From assembly GCA_964188305.1 (NCBI GenBank), contig OZ076889.1: a stretch of 64,000 bases of DNA. One strand, written 5' to 3'. This document shows, one piece after another, positions 63,271 to 64,000 of this stretch. The DNA is from Podarcis bocagei. Its lineage: Eukaryota. The notes beneath the pieces are model-generated. The model was given only the letters and a program-made list of their open reading frames with translations, was not told the DNA's origin and ran no database searches. Position numbers and translations under genes: made by a program. Each line of letters starts with the position of its first letter. Within the stretch, counting starts at the first letter, position 1.

Positions 63271-64000
63271 ATTTAGAGGATACCAGTGCTGTTTAAGGCT
63301 TGTTAACTTAATGTCTCACATGACCATCAACAGTGGGGAATGCTTACTTTTGTTTGGCACTCTTTAAGAGGGAGGGGTAGGATCATTTATTTTGGCCTTG
63401 TTTGCTATAGTTAAATAGGAAGAGCAGCATGCTGGTGCACGTTGTTCAAAAGTTACAGTGATGCCAGTTCCCCTGCTTTGAAAAACAAGCCTGAGCCTGG
63501 CTTGTTGTGTTGTCAGAACCTGGGCTTGTAGTTTGGTTCTCCTCAAATATACCATGAGCGGTAAGTCAGGAACAAACCTTGGTTCCACTTGTGTGTTTGG
63601 GGGAATCAATCTGCAGGCACAGGCTTGGATGACATGGCAAGCCAGACTGGCTTGTTTTGTCAAGTGGGGGAGGAGCTCACTCACATTAAACCATAGGCAA
63701 ATTGGGCCATTGTCTCAAATTTCCGAATGTTTGTGGATCTGTTGAAGAAATGTTTATTTCCGAACCCTTACATCCCGTGTTTTATCTATTGTCTTTAATT
63801 GCTTCCTGTGATGTAGGATGTGATAAAGTACCTGAGAACCATTCTGCCAAATGTCACCTGTGTCCCCTTTGACATGGCAAGAGGTAGCCTTTTGCTCCAC
63901 AAAACTCAACTTTACTGAGCAGTATAAAAAGAGGGTTTGTACAGTCTGACAATGTTTTTCATGTTTTAATTTGTACTTGCTGGTTCCCCTTTATTTTTGT

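Overview
Vertebrate genomic DNA, most likely from a lacertid lizard (inferred from the Sauria/POM-type and Squam3-like SINEs). Two complete spliced genes lie in tandem on the + strand. RPS10 has a non-coding TOP exon at ~23799-23839 and five coding exons at 24929-29648 (498 nt, 165 aa). NUDT3/DIPP1 has a CpG-island promoter and five coding exons at 39698-57975 (513 nt, 170 aa), followed by a long, repeat-poor presumptive 3' UTR. Bases 1-23.6 kb contain no recognisable host coding exon; by recalled human synteny this should be the interval towards PACSIN1. That region and the introns carry SINEs, CR1/L2 fragments, hAT and Tc1/Mariner-type MITEs, and a decayed hAT transposase interrupted by a solo LTR. 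I found no convincing novel biological system. The best leads are: (1) a frame-compatible RPS10-NUDT3 read-through fusion, (2) a candidate poison exon in RPS10 intron 3, (3) a strong-context upstream ATG in frame with NUDT3 and separated from it by a single TAG, and (4) an inverted SINE pair able to form a long hairpin in NUDT3 intron 1. Almost all entries in the ORF track are spurious. All coordinates were counted by hand.
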